Virus record (IMG/VR): IMGVR_UViG_3300005264_000079
Span: 1-64,000 of that record
Reading direction: 5' to 3' (one strand)
Source: a virus
Taxonomy: Duplodnaviria > Caudoviricetes
DNA length: 64,000 bases
Positions 18,058-28,444 of the stretch are shown here, in pieces (position 1 is the stretch's first letter; each line of letters starts with the position of its first letter). The notes beneath the pieces were generated by a model. The model worked only from the letters and a program-made list of their open reading frames with translations. It made no database searches and had not been told where the DNA came from. Both the position numbers and the translations under genes were made by a program.

Positions 18058-19197
18058 TCACTCTGTTTCATCTGTTTTATTCCACCAAATTAAATACTTC
18101 GGAGATTTTGCTTTAAACCCAATCTGCTGATTAGTAACGGATCTCCAAACAATACCCTCTCTTTTGACCCCTTTCTTCAACATGGATTCTCCATTAGACT
18201 CATCCAAAACGTCTTTAAGTTGTGCTGGCAATGTTACAAAGTTTTCTTTTAGTAGTTTAGGGACAAACTCCAAGTTGTACTTTCTGACAAATGCAATAAT
18301 ATCAACATAATTCCAACTCTTTCCTGTGTCAACATCAGTAATACCATAAACAAAAAATCGTAGCTCTGGAAAGGCATAAATATTCTTCTGAATTCCTGGG
18401 CCAGCTATTTCTCCTTGGATTGCTATTTTCTCTTTTGTTTCTTTAAAATGTGTTCTAAGAATTTGTTCTATATTGTAAAGCTCAGACACCTTATCCCAAT
18501 TGCTACCATCCCCTTTATAGCGTATAGCATTGTGAGAGTACAAACGATAATGTGCTCTTCTTCCAATGAGCATGTAAGTAGAAGCTTGTCCTTCGATTTT
18601 CTCTGTCTTATAGTACACCTCATTAGGGTAATTGGTTTTCAAATACTCAAATATTTTTTGTATGTTAGTTTCATCACTTTTATGGACAGTGGTGGGGTAA
18701 GCGTATTTTGCTTTCTTCTTTCCAAGGATAATTCTTCTAAACAAACGCCACTCAAGGAGGTAGCTAACAAACTTCCCATACTTCCCTTTGTTTACCCTAC
18801 TCTCTGCCAGGAACTCGTCGGGATCATATTTCCTGACACCAAGAACTTTTGCTACGCAATCTCCTTCTTTAGCATCTTTAGGGAGAATTGAAAGGGGGAA
18901 AACAATTCCTTGTGAAAATACACCTCCCATAGACATATTCCTAATCCTAAAACCATTATACTTTTTACTGTAGCATCTGGGTCTAAGGAATTCAAATTCA
19001 GGTTTTACAGGTAGTACAGTGTCATATTCTATATAGACAACTAAATCTCCTACAGCATAAGCTCCTTTTTCTACAATTACTTCCCATCCACCAATAGTAG
19101 CAAGTTCAATTCTATCTTTTTTTGCAATAGGTTTCAAATTTTCTATTCTCAATACATTAGCTAATTCTCTCATCGATGACAATCCCCCTTTCATCAC
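18058..19197 (-). CDS. RNA ligase, DRB0094/Rnl5-like
   Basis: DRIELATIGGWEVIV..GDLVVYIE.D..LP N-terminal domain; TEKIEG, IQGEIAGPGIQKN, REGIVWR, FKAKS. Confidence 0.88.
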   Translation of the reverse strand: MMKGGLSSMRELANVLRIENLKPIAKKDRIELATIGGWEVIVEKGAYAVGDLVVYIEYDTVLPVKPEFEFLRPRCYSKKYNGFRIRNMSMGGVFSQGIVFPLSILPKDAKEGDCVAKVLGVRKYDPDEFLAESRVNKGKYGKFVSYLLEWRLFRRIILGKKKAKYAYPTTVHKSDETNIQKIFEYLKTNYPNEVYYKTEKIEGQASTYMLIGRRAHYRLYSHNAIRYKGDGSNWDKVSELYNIEQILRTHFKETKEKIAIQGEIAGPGIQKNIYAFPELRFFVYGITDVDTGKSWNYVDIIAFVRKYNLEFVPKLLKENFVTLPAQLKDVLDESNGESMLKKGVKREGIVWRSVTNQQIGFKAKSPKYLIWWNKTDETE

Positions 19198-19357
19198 TAT
19201 CTTGCATTAGCATTTGGATTACTTCTGCTATTCTATCATTATCAGTGTAGTAATCCACAAGCCTATATGCTACAGAAATAAGATCAAAATCTAAGATATC
19301 ATCTAAATTTCTACCTTCAATGGTTATTCCCCCATTATTGTTTTTTAGAATCTTCAC
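19157..19357 (-). CDS. hypothetical protein
   Basis: ORF in operon. Confidence 0.5.
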   Translation of the reverse strand: MKILKNNNGGITIEGRNLDDILDFDLISVAYRLVDYYTDNDRIAEVIQMLMQDSDERGIVIDERIS

Positions 19358-19739
19358 TTTCTAATTCCTCCAATTCTTTCTTAAGCTGAATTATTCTCTG
19401 TTCTTTCCTCATTTCCTCTGCTTTCTTTTTTTTCCGCATCATGTCCTCACGATAAGCTTCTACCCACTTTTCATCTATGAGGTTTAAAGCAAGGGCCTCA
19501 TCTACATCAATGTTTTCAAGGTAGAAACTGTCATGCTCATAGTCACCAATATTAGCTTTATGGTGTAGGAATACAAATTCATTTGTCCAATCCTCATAAG
19601 GATCATGCTCACTTACACTAGAGATCAGAATAATCCCTTTATCAGTGTTGATGGCAAACTTACGGGAATCACTTGCTACAGCTGTTATTGTAGCTCCTAC
19701 CATTCCTTCTTCCTCAAGGCAATTAATTACCTTTCTCAT
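19335..19739 (-). CDS. hypothetical protein with C-terminal coiled coil
   Basis: start MRKVIN after GGGGA. Confidence 0.55.
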   Translation of the reverse strand: MRKVINCLEEEGMVGATITAVASDSRKFAINTDKGIILISSVSEHDPYEDWTNEFVFLHHKANIGDYEHDSFYLENIDVDEALALNLIDEKWVEAYREDMMRKKKKAEEMRKEQRIIQLKKELEELESEDSKKQ

Positions 19740-20340
19740 ACCAATCCCCCACATATTTAATTTTATCGGAATACTCTGGAAGAAAAATGCCAAACCATTC
19801 TTTACACCCTTCAATTAGATTGTCTATTTTATGTAAATCATCTACATCCACATATTTTTGTTCCAAATAGTAAGCATTGTCATATCTGATTTTAGTGCGA
19901 AACTCTGCAAATTCAGCACCTATTTCCTCATCATTTTTTATAGAATCATCCCGGTATTTGTCATAACAAGATGTGGATGTAATCTCGAACACTTCCACCC
20001 ATTCCCATTTAACAAACCAAAGAAATTTAAATACAGGGAGATGGAGCATTATTTCACTAAAGTATGCTGTATATTTTTCATCCATAACCCCACGTGTACT
20101 AATTTCAATAAATTCTGGATTTAGTTTCACAAACCTATTGAGTCTCTTTAGTGTTTTCCTTTTCCAAAGAAAATTGTCCCACTTTGGTTTGATGTCCCAC
20201 TTAAGAACCTTATAACTTTCCTGCAACATTCTTTTCCTCAAAGAATGTCCTGTTTTTTCGCATTCGATTTTAAGCTCATTTTGCATTTTTTCCCATACAT
20301 TGCTAAATGATTCTAATGCTTTTTCTTTCTTTTCTATCAT
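19723..20340 (-). CDS. hypothetical protein
   Basis: GGAGG RBS. Confidence 0.55.
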   Translation of the reverse strand: MIEKKEKALESFSNVWEKMQNELKIECEKTGHSLRKRMLQESYKVLKWDIKPKWDNFLWKRKTLKRLNRFVKLNPEFIEISTRGVMDEKYTAYFSEIMLHLPVFKFLWFVKWEWVEVFEITSTSCYDKYRDDSIKNDEEIGAEFAEFRTKIRYDNAYYLEQKYVDVDDLHKIDNLIEGCKEWFGIFLPEYSDKIKYVGDWYEKGN

Positions 20341-20396
20341 TCTAAATATCCTCCCATAAACAAAAGCAAGCACTTTCCATGTTATCAAATTTCATA

Positions 20397-20813
20397 TTAA
20401 TCCTCCTTATATAAAGCACAATATCCTTTCACAAAAATGGCAAAGTTAGTATATAGTTCTTCAATAGAATCTACCACAAGTTTTGTTTTTGGTTCACAAA
20501 AATAAAAGCAAAATTCATCCTTAATACCATAATTAGATTCTACCATAAACTCTGCAAACTTGTCAAGCATTTCTTTTAAATAATCACATTCACAGCTTTT
20601 ATTTTCAAGAATAAAAGCTGTTTCAATACCAAGAGAATATTTCTTTTTCTTCTTGTCATAAAATATTTCAAAATCATTAGCTTGATATTTTGAGGCTTCT
20701 CCACCCCAAGCACTTACCCCATAAATAAATTCCATATTCTTATTAAAATATCTACTAAATCCAGCATATCCAAAAAAGTAGAATATTACATTATCAATTA
20801 GCTTTTTTTGCAA
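20397..20813 (-). CDS. hypothetical protein
   Basis: TTG start, in operon. Confidence 0.55.
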   Translation of the reverse strand: MQKKLIDNVIFYFFGYAGFSRYFNKNMEFIYGVSAWGGEASKYQANDFEIFYDKKKKKYSLGIETAFILENKSCECDYLKEMLDKFAEFMVESNYGIKDEFCFYFCEPKTKLVVDSIEELYTNFAIFVKGYCALYKED

Positions 20814-20816
20814 AGT

Positions 20817-21185
20817 TCATTTAACCCCTCCGTGATATGGGCAAGATTCAGAAATCCAATATCTTGCACCAATTCTATCACGATTATCCATTACAGGACA
20901 TGTACAACCACTAAGACCAGACCATTGGTATGTATGGTATTTTTCATTTTTCTCGAATCCCCATGCCACTTGCAAACTATATTCCAATTCTGTAATTTTG
21001 TCAATAATGTCTTTACAATTTGATCTTGTTAATTGCCCGTGTATATTTAAGTTTTCAGCTATATGAAATATATCTATTAGTTTAATGCGTATGTCAATAA
21101 TATCATGCAAGTTTTTCCAAACATTATTTTTTGTTAATAAATCCTCATTTATTACTATTGTTTTCCCTTTATACTTGATCTCCAT
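20817..21185 (-). CDS. conserved phage hypothetical protein
   Basis: LQ.AWGF......H..W.....CTCP.MDN motif; promoter at 21228-21256. Confidence 0.65.
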   Translation of the reverse strand: MEIKYKGKTIVINEDLLTKNNVWKNLHDIIDIRIKLIDIFHIAENLNIHGQLTRSNCKDIIDKITELEYSLQVAWGFEKNEKYHTYQWSGLSGCTCPVMDNRDRIGARYWISESCPYHGGVK

Positions 21186-21227
21186 CAGATTTGTACCTCC
21201 TAATTTACTGGTTGTGTATTAAATAAT

Positions 21228-21256
21228 ATTTTAGCATAAACAAACATGCTTGTCAA
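21228..21256 (-). promoter_or_regulatory. sigma70 promoter
   Basis: TTGACA-N17-TAAAAT. Confidence 0.7.
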
Positions 21257-21259
21257 GCA

Positions 21260-21451
21260 TTATCTAAATCTTTTTACAAAATCAGCACCTTTGGTAATAG
21301 CACCACCAAAAGCAGGTGGTTTATACAGTTCTCCACCACACTTAGAACAAAGGGTGGTTTTAAGGTATTTAGCAATATCCTTATGCTCCATAAGCTTATC
21401 AAACTTACTACCACAATCTTTACATTCAAATTCGTATATTAACTTAGCCAC
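21260..21451 (-). CDS. FmdB-like Zn-ribbon protein
   Basis: YEFECKDCG..F...CSKCGG. Confidence 0.7.
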   Translation of the reverse strand: MAKLIYEFECKDCGSKFDKLMEHKDIAKYLKTTLCSKCGGELYKPPAFGGAITKGADFVKRFR

Positions 21452-24179
21452 GCACTCCCTCCTCATTTTCTTCTGTATATCTATCTTCCCATGTTACCCG
21501 CTTACAACTGGTACCCCAATTCTTGTCGTAGTATTCAGCATCGACTTTCAATGGGAGAGCAAGCCACCTTACTTTTCTATTAACATATGTTTCCATAGCA
21601 TAGTGAATATCTTGTTCAAGCCCACCTTCAAAAAACTCTTGTGCATCTACACTAAATTCGGTAGAGTCATGCACCGTGAGTTTTATTGAGCTTTTGTATC
21701 CCTTCTCTTTCATGATCTCCCAAAGTTTAAGATTACCAAGAAGAGCTAGTACGAACCCACTTCCCTGTGAATTACAATTACCTACAAAGGTTTTACTTAG
21801 TATACCACTGTATTTGAACCCAAATTTACTATAAAAGTAACCTTTAGTCAAATACTCTTCCCATGTTTTGTCTATATATTCTTTGAGCATTTTATATCTA
21901 TCCCAATAATATTCATACACTTTTTTACACAAGTCCCGTAGCTTTTGTTCTGTAGCATACCCTTTATGTCTAAACCATGCAAGGTGATAATCTTTAAATT
22001 TCTCTTCAAAAAGAGTAGTATAGATTCTATTAGCTGAACCACCATACTGTAAAGCAAAGTTAGCTGATTTAATATGTTGCCTCATTTCTTCTTTAATAAA
22101 TTGTTTGACAGCATCTTTTGATAAGTCTTTCTCTCCTTTGGCTTTCATAATATACAATCCTGCTTCTTCTAAATCCTCCCCAAAGAATCTTTGAGTCATT
22201 AATGTATGACTATCTTCATTAGGATCTTCCAGTTCCTTAATCATTATCTTATCTTTAGAAATACCGATAGAGGAATACACTTCCAAACTCTTATAGTCAT
22301 AAGCAAGGAACTCTTCCCCCTCTTCTGCAATCATACAACTTTTAATCATTTTAAGAGCTAATTCAAATCCAGCAATATTTTGAAAATTTGGAGAAGAAGA
22401 ATTAGACCTACCCGTAGATGCCACTGCAACACCTACATTTGGATGAATCCTATTATTACAAACATACCGCTTAATTCCGGCTAAATCAGTATTAAGAAGT
22501 TTATATACTTTTTTATACTCAGTAAGTATGCTTGCGAGTTCAGATTTCACACTCAGCTCTTCAAGTACATCTTTATTTATGGACATATTTCCAGAATTTG
22601 TTTTTCTGTTTGTGGTGTGTCCCAAAATTTCAAAGAATAATTCCGAAAGTTGTGTATTTGAATTATAGTTAAAACTTTCTTTTGGATGCACTTGATACCA
22701 CTTAGCAACTTCTTTACTATTTTTTATTTTGTATTCCAAAGTGATTAGTGTTTCTTCAAGTTTCATCTCATTTTTGTTTAACTGCACTACATCTATCGGT
22801 GTCCCTTTAAAAGACATCTCACTATACATTCTCTGTGCTTTCATGTACAATTTAAAAATGAAATTCATTTTAGGATCATTTTCAATAATACTCATTTGGC
22901 GGTAAGCTATAATCTGAGTATGTAAAGAATCTTCTGCATTATACATTCCAACAGTTTTAGGTGGTAACTCTTTAAGCCTATTCAAAGAGTAGGGATCTTT
23001 TTCTACACGGCCTTTAATATAAGGTTCCACATTAGCATCATATCCAAGTACGCCATTAGTAATATAAGCATTTACTTTAAGATTTGTTACTTTTTCTATA
23101 GTAGGTCTAATGATGTGTGCCCCAAGAACAACATCCCAATAACAATTTGTGATAGCAAATCCAAGTTTTTCTCTTGTCCACATATCCTCAAAACCAAAGT
23201 TTGCAATCACAAGGTTAATATCTTCAGAAGTTAGAAGTTTCTTGTATATCCTCATAAATACTTTGTTCTCATTAAATATGGGGAATGAGTAAGCATACTC
23301 GTGTGTAGCAAATGAAACACAAAGGATTTCAGAATCAGATTTGTATGGGAGCAGAGAAGTAGTTTCATAATCCATAGACAACACTTTCTCTTTTAAAAGT
23401 GTTCGCATAACACCGATGGCATCTGTAACATTATTTATATACTCACACTTGCTGATATAATCCACAGCTTTGAATTCTTCTGTAACAAGGATGTTCTTCA
23501 AGTACTTTTTAAAATACAATGATTTAATCCTAAAACTATCATCTTTAATCAACTGTGGTTGCTCCCATAGAGCTTTACCCTTTCTCTCTCTATAGTTATT
23601 ATACTTTTTTAATATCTTTCTCTTTTCTACAAGAGCATTAAGAACAAACGAAGGATGGTAATTTATAATCACCCAACACCCATACTCCTGGTCAGGGATT
23701 GCCTTTCCCATAAAACGTTCTGGCATCCCACTGCCAATACGTGACTTCTGAATTCTCTCCTGTAGAAACATATCTGTAGCTAAACCCCCTAATAGCAATA
23801 TCTTTTTAGGGGATAACTCTTTAATAACTTCATCCATTCTCCTCTTACAGCCATCCTTCATGGAAGAAGTGGGAGCTTTTTCAGTGTAGCACTGGACAGC
23901 ATTTAAGCTCCAACAATCCCTCTGTATGTCTATACCAATGTTACTTAACTCTTCCCTCATATAAGCAGAGGCAATATCAGTAAAAGGAGCACCATCTCTA
24001 TCTTCTCTCCTACTTACTTGACCCCCAATGATGAGAATTCCCTTGTCACCATTACCAGAATAAGACAGTTTTCCATTTTTACAATTTTTGTATGCTCCAC
24101 AAGATTCACACAAAGTGATTTTCTTAGTATTTATCTTTTTTCTATTTATTTTTTTCTTTGGTGGTATAAATCCGTTCAC
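21444..24179 (-). CDS. polA: family A DNA polymerase with N-terminal UDG-like domain and 3'-5' exonuclease
   Basis: DYETT (exo I), DYKSLE (motif A), RQHIKSANFALQYG (motif B), VHDS (motif C); N-terminal CxxC..C..YHPSF. Confidence 0.93.
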   Translation of the reverse strand: MNGFIPPKKKINRKKINTKKITLCESCGAYKNCKNGKLSYSGNGDKGILIIGGQVSRREDRDGAPFTDIASAYMREELSNIGIDIQRDCWSLNAVQCYTEKAPTSSMKDGCKRRMDEVIKELSPKKILLLGGLATDMFLQERIQKSRIGSGMPERFMGKAIPDQEYGCWVIINYHPSFVLNALVEKRKILKKYNNYRERKGKALWEQPQLIKDDSFRIKSLYFKKYLKNILVTEEFKAVDYISKCEYINNVTDAIGVMRTLLKEKVLSMDYETTSLLPYKSDSEILCVSFATHEYAYSFPIFNENKVFMRIYKKLLTSEDINLVIANFGFEDMWTREKLGFAITNCYWDVVLGAHIIRPTIEKVTNLKVNAYITNGVLGYDANVEPYIKGRVEKDPYSLNRLKELPPKTVGMYNAEDSLHTQIIAYRQMSIIENDPKMNFIFKLYMKAQRMYSEMSFKGTPIDVVQLNKNEMKLEETLITLEYKIKNSKEVAKWYQVHPKESFNYNSNTQLSELFFEILGHTTNRKTNSGNMSINKDVLEELSVKSELASILTEYKKVYKLLNTDLAGIKRYVCNNRIHPNVGVAVASTGRSNSSSPNFQNIAGFELALKMIKSCMIAEEGEEFLAYDYKSLEVYSSIGISKDKIMIKELEDPNEDSHTLMTQRFFGEDLEEAGLYIMKAKGEKDLSKDAVKQFIKEEMRQHIKSANFALQYGGSANRIYTTLFEEKFKDYHLAWFRHKGYATEQKLRDLCKKVYEYYWDRYKMLKEYIDKTWEEYLTKGYFYSKFGFKYSGILSKTFVGNCNSQGSGFVLALLGNLKLWEIMKEKGYKSSIKLTVHDSTEFSVDAQEFFEGGLEQDIHYAMETYVNRKVRWLALPLKVDAEYYDKNWGTSCKRVTWEDRYTEENEEGVRG

Positions 24180-25492
24180 ATTTCCTCCATAAACTCTTTA
24201 ACATAGGGGTTGATTTTAATATCATTGTGTTTCAACTTTCTCTTCAATCCTATCTTATCCAAATCTCGAAACCTACTAAGCATTACATAGACAAGATGTT
24301 CAGCAAAAACATTAGTACTAAAATCAACATACCCTTCTTCAAATGTACGTCCTTGACTCTTATGTCCCGTAAAGGCATAAGCAGAAGTGATGGGGAATTG
24401 CTTAAAACTCCCCTTTAACACTTTCTGTAGTTTACCATGTTTAGCTTCATACTTATACTCTTTAAATTCGTACCTGTTGATGTGAACATTATTGCCACCA
24501 ATGTCCACTAAAATTGTGTCAGGATTTATTACTTTCTTAAATATCCCAATAGTACCATTCTGGTAAGCTCCTGAAGGATCATTCACTAAAAGCATTACTT
24601 TAGAATTTTCCTTTACCTCAATATGCTCTGATACAACAAAGTTCTTAGGATCGATATAGCCAATAACATGAGCATTAAATGCAATAAGAGGAGACTCAAT
24701 TCTACGCAATTCTTTTTTATTTATGTTATCAACAATATTATTATACGGAGCTACGTAAATACTATTAGGATGCTTCTCTTTGTATCGAATATGAGATACC
24801 ACCCTACTGTTAATCATATTCAGATCGTCTTCAGTTTGAGTTCCCTCTCGTATCCTATTCAATGTATTCTTATATTCTATGGAATCCTGTCGATATATTT
24901 TATGAAGAATAACCTTTACAAAAGAACCTACATTCTCTTTAAATGTAGGAGAAGCAAAGAAATATGGGTTATCACCATAATCCTCTGTATAAAAAGATAT
25001 TTCATCGCTTGACTTCCCAAGTATAGGTGGAAGTTGATACAAGTCCCCACAACAAACAACTTGCATCCCGCCAAAATAATCATCACTTTCTTTAGCATCT
25101 CTACAAAGCAAGTCCATAGCATCAAAGATATCAGCTCGTGTCATGGAAATTTCATCAATTACTATCCTTTCTGTATTTTGCAAAATAGCCCTTGTATCAG
25201 GATGTAAATTATAGTGATTAGGCTTCTTAGGATGTATTCCTAACTTAAACACAGAATGTATTGTAGCTCCTTCTATGTTTACAGAAGCTATTCCGGTAGG
25301 AGCTAGAAAAAGAGAACTAATCCCATCACGTTTATCTATGGCTTTAATTAGGTTTAGTGTATTGGATTTTCCACTTCCGGCCTTCCCTAATATCAAACAA
25401 TTCTTCTTATCCTCATATACTGTTTCTAATACTTTCCCTATCTGTTCATTTATCTCAAGATAAGAAAACTCTTCTGGTATGTTAATGTTCAA
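24176..25492 (-). CDS. Pif1/RecD-like SF1B helicase
   Basis: GKAGSGKS, LAPTGIAS, TIHS, IDEISM, GDLYQLPP, IYRQ, QFPI..AYA.TGHKSQG. Confidence 0.9.
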   Translation of the reverse strand: MNINIPEEFSYLEINEQIGKVLETVYEDKKNCLILGKAGSGKSNTLNLIKAIDKRDGISSLFLAPTGIASVNIEGATIHSVFKLGIHPKKPNHYNLHPDTRAILQNTERIVIDEISMTRADIFDAMDLLCRDAKESDDYFGGMQVVCCGDLYQLPPILGKSSDEISFYTEDYGDNPYFFASPTFKENVGSFVKVILHKIYRQDSIEYKNTLNRIREGTQTEDDLNMINSRVVSHIRYKEKHPNSIYVAPYNNIVDNINKKELRRIESPLIAFNAHVIGYIDPKNFVVSEHIEVKENSKVMLLVNDPSGAYQNGTIGIFKKVINPDTILVDIGGNNVHINRYEFKEYKYEAKHGKLQKVLKGSFKQFPITSAYAFTGHKSQGRTFEEGYVDFSTNVFAEHLVYVMLSRFRDLDKIGLKRKLKHNDIKINPYVKEFMEEM

Positions 25493-25501
25493 TTATCCCT
25501 C

Positions 25502-26509
25502 CTATTCATGATATGTGTAATCTATTAGTACTCTTTTAATATTATCCCACTCTATTTCAGAAAGGTCTTCAAAGGAAATCGTTTTATTAAAACGTTCTTT
25601 TGGAAGAGGTTTTTCTATTCTTTTCCATATAACTTTCTCAATATCTTCCACCCAATAAAGCCGATCACCTCTATCTTGTTTACTGCTCCCTATCTCTGCT
25701 AAAAGCGTTACATCAAAATACTTTTTACCAATTTTAATAATAGTATTTGCTTTATCTTGGTAATAACCTTGCCCACAATCAAAAAATTCAGCATAATCTT
25801 CACTAAAATAATCCTCAATCTGTTCTGTGCATTTAAGATATTCAGGATCTTCTATCACATGATAATCCTTTTTCAAGTAGCATTCCATACCAATATCTTC
25901 TTTAGGAATCACAATAGCATCAATTCTATCTTTTTCTTCTTTAATTGCTTTCCATTTTGCATGAAGAAGTTTCAAATCTTCTATACTTCTTTCTTCTAAT
26001 TTTTGAGAATAGTAATTTTCCCTAAAACCAAATTCTCCGATATCTCTAATTAAGTTTTCTTTTTCCAATTTAGCATTCCTCTTTTCTTTACTAATATCTC
26101 TTGCACCATTTTCTATAAGCTTCCTGCCACAAGTATTGCAAACTGTTGAATTTAAACCAGTTTTTGTATAAACCAAGGAAAGAGTTTTATCCAATAAACT
26201 TTCAAAAGGCATCTTACAATTAGCACATTTTTGATATTTTGCTTCTTTCCTACCTCCAAGCCATGAAGCTATAGAAGAAATCTCAAGATGCACGCCTTGA
26301 ATATTCTCTTGTCTAAGTAGGTTTTTCTTCTTTCTCTTTGCACCATCATCATACTTCATAACCAATTTTAGAGCCTTTCTTTGTTTTTCATCCATAGCAT
26401 CAACAGGAATTTTCTTTAGTTCTGACATTTCTTTTTGGCACTTCTCACATTCCATACATGCCGTATTTTTATAAATTGTTCCTAAACATTCTTTTTTATT
26501 ATCTTCCAC
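25502..26509 (-). CDS. hypothetical protein with CxxC pairs
   Basis: 335-aa ORF; CMECEKC, CANC, CNTC. Confidence 0.65.
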   Translation of the reverse strand: MEDNKKECLGTIYKNTACMECEKCQKEMSELKKIPVDAMDEKQRKALKLVMKYDDGAKRKKKNLLRQENIQGVHLEISSIASWLGGRKEAKYQKCANCKMPFESLLDKTLSLVYTKTGLNSTVCNTCGRKLIENGARDISKEKRNAKLEKENLIRDIGEFGFRENYYSQKLEERSIEDLKLLHAKWKAIKEEKDRIDAIVIPKEDIGMECYLKKDYHVIEDPEYLKCTEQIEDYFSEDYAEFFDCGQGYYQDKANTIIKIGKKYFDVTLLAEIGSSKQDRGDRLYWVEDIEKVIWKRIEKPLPKERFNKTISFEDLSEIEWDNIKRVLIDYTYHE

Positions 26510-26519
26510 ATATCCCTCC

Positions 26520-27572
26520 TTATAGTTTCTTTATCTCAATTATTCTCTCAACATCTTCAGCAATATTATTGCAATACATCATATTATCAAAAAGATAGAA
26601 GCAGGTATAGTCAGAGTAGACAGATTTAAAATATTCTACAATAATTTCAAACCTCTCTGCTTCTCCTGCAAGATACTTATCAAGAGGAATCTTTATTCTT
26701 GTTTCCTCTGCCCCAGTGTCTCCTTGAGCTACAACTTGCATCTCATTGCTATTCTCGATAACCACTTCAATCTTTTTATCCAACTTCTTGTAGTCACTAA
26801 GAACAGTATCAATGTGCAGTATGCTTTCTTCCTTATTACAATAGATGGCATATCTAAGATTAAGATTTTCTTCCACTTCTTCAAAAAGATACTGATAACT
26901 AAATATACTATCATTCATCTTATATGTCAATAGGTAATTCCCTTTGGAAAAATAAACAACATTCTCTTCAGGATTATGGTAGTACCCCTCATACCCCCTA
27001 TCAGAAATATGTTTAACAACGTCCCACCTAACTGTAAACTCTCCCGTTATCTCCGTAGCAATTTTAACAAAATTAAAATTATTAGAAGAGACAATGCCAT
27101 CAGAGTTGAATACAATGTTTTCTGCATCGGGGTGATCTTTATCATAGAGAGCATATTTCTTAAACTTATTTAGGACTCCTTCTTCAAACACACTCATTAT
27201 AGGCTGTTTACTGTGTAGGATGTCTTTATTTGATGTGATGTTTTCACAAGCAAATAAGCTCGTAGAGCGACCATGCTTAATGGTGAGGGTCTTATCCCTT
27301 TCTTCCATATCGATGAACTCAGCCTTCACCTTCCTTAGTAGATCAAAGAGTTTCTTAGCAGGGATTGCAATCTCTCTTGAGCTAATATCAAAATCATTTT
27401 TAATAGATGAGGGATAGTTGAAAACGTAACACAAAGAATCAGAATAGCACCAAATTATATTTCGTGACGTGCTAAAGAAAATATAATTTGCATCAGAAAT
27501 ATAGTTATACTCATTAAAGACTAATTTAAAATGGTTGAGTATGTCTAACAATTCTTTAGTTTTTACTTTCAA
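26520..27572 (-). CDS. DNA sliding clamp, beta-clamp-like
   Basis: 350 aa; N-terminal MKVKTKELL, IAIPAKKLFDLLRK pattern; clamp loader present in the window. Confidence 0.6.
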   Translation of the reverse strand: MKVKTKELLDILNHFKLVFNEYNYISDANYIFFSTSRNIIWCYSDSLCYVFNYPSSIKNDFDISSREIAIPAKKLFDLLRKVKAEFIDMEERDKTLTIKHGRSTSLFACENITSNKDILHSKQPIMSVFEEGVLNKFKKYALYDKDHPDAENIVFNSDGIVSSNNFNFVKIATEITGEFTVRWDVVKHISDRGYEGYYHNPEENVVYFSKGNYLLTYKMNDSIFSYQYLFEEVEENLNLRYAIYCNKEESILHIDTVLSDYKKLDKKIEVVIENSNEMQVVAQGDTGAEETRIKIPLDKYLAGEAERFEIIVEYFKSVYSDYTCFYLFDNMMYCNNIAEDVERIIEIKKL

Positions 27573-27789
27573 GATCTTCCCCCTTAAAATAAATTATTGT
27601 TTCAAATGGGTTGTCCCCACCAAGAGAGACATGCTCCCCAAACATAGCAAATAGGCACCACATCTGATCACTGTAAAACCCTTCTTCATCCACAGGAATT
27701 TCTCTCATTTCTCCTGTAAGTTTATACTTGTAAGATTTGAAAATTCTTTCTCCAAGTGTTGTCAACCTAACCTTCACAGTAGCATTCAT
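27556..27789 (-). CDS. conserved phage hypothetical protein
   Basis: N..VKV.LT..G...DEEG....Q.W.LF..FG...FE pattern. Confidence 0.55.
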   Translation of the reverse strand: MNATVKVRLTTLGERIFKSYKYKLTGEMREIPVDEEGFYSDQMWCLFAMFGEHVSLGGDNPFETIIYFKGEDLESKN

Positions 27790-27790
27790 A

Positions 27791-27952
27791 CTAAGAGACA
27801 CTAATGGAGAATTTTTTTGAAGTAATCTCTTCAGCAGATCTTCCCTGTTTCCAAAATGTTTTCCATAATCCCCAATTGAAGGCACTATCTTCAAACTTGT
27901 GTTTCTCACATGTGTCTATAAAAATTTGTCTTCTCTTTCCCATATTGTTCAT
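27791..27952 (-). CDS. small hypothetical protein
   Basis: coupled stop/start with neighbours. Confidence 0.45.
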   Translation of the reverse strand: MNNMGKRRQIFIDTCEKHKFEDSAFNWGLWKTFWKQGRSAEEITSKKFSISVS

Positions 27953-27953
27953 C

Positions 27954-28127
27954 TCAAATACGCTCCCAATAATCAAAAACTTGCACTAATACACTATCAT
28001 CTTCTACTAATATCTTTGCTCTTTCCAATGCTTTAGCTCCTATCCCACGAATATACTTCTGCAATTCAATACCTTTTAACTCATTAGGAATGCTATCAAT
28101 TTCTGTCTGTATCTCTGCTATTGTCAT
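27954..28127 (-). CDS. small hypothetical protein (MTIAEIQ...)
   Basis: read manually; ATGA overlap. Confidence 0.5.
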   Translation of the reverse strand: MTIAEIQTEIDSIPNELKGIELQKYIRGIGAKALERAKILVEDDSVLVQVFDYWERI

Positions 28128-28444
28128 GTTATTTTCCCCTTAACTTTATCCCAGGACATGTGCGTAACCCTCTCAATAACTGCTACTTTCCCACAATAGG
28201 AAGCATATTCTTCTATACCAGCTACACCATAGTGTGTGGTATAGCTCTCATAAGTAGGAAACCCTTTGCACCTACAGTAGGCCTCATCCATTAATACATC
28301 TTCTATGAGAACGTCTATCATACTATTTCTATCAGACTGTAGTTTAGCGACATCATTAAGTCGATATTTCATATTCCCATCAGCATCCAATGAACTGAAT
28401 GGCTCTAGTCTCTTTAACCCCAACTTCTTGATAATGTTCAGCAT
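28124..28444 (-). CDS. hypothetical protein
   Basis: ORF in operon. Confidence 0.55.
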   Translation of the reverse strand: MLNIIKKLGLKRLEPFSSLDADGNMKYRLNDVAKLQSDRNSMIDVLIEDVLMDEAYCRCKGFPTYESYTTHYGVAGIEEYASYCGKVAVIERVTHMSWDKVKGKIT

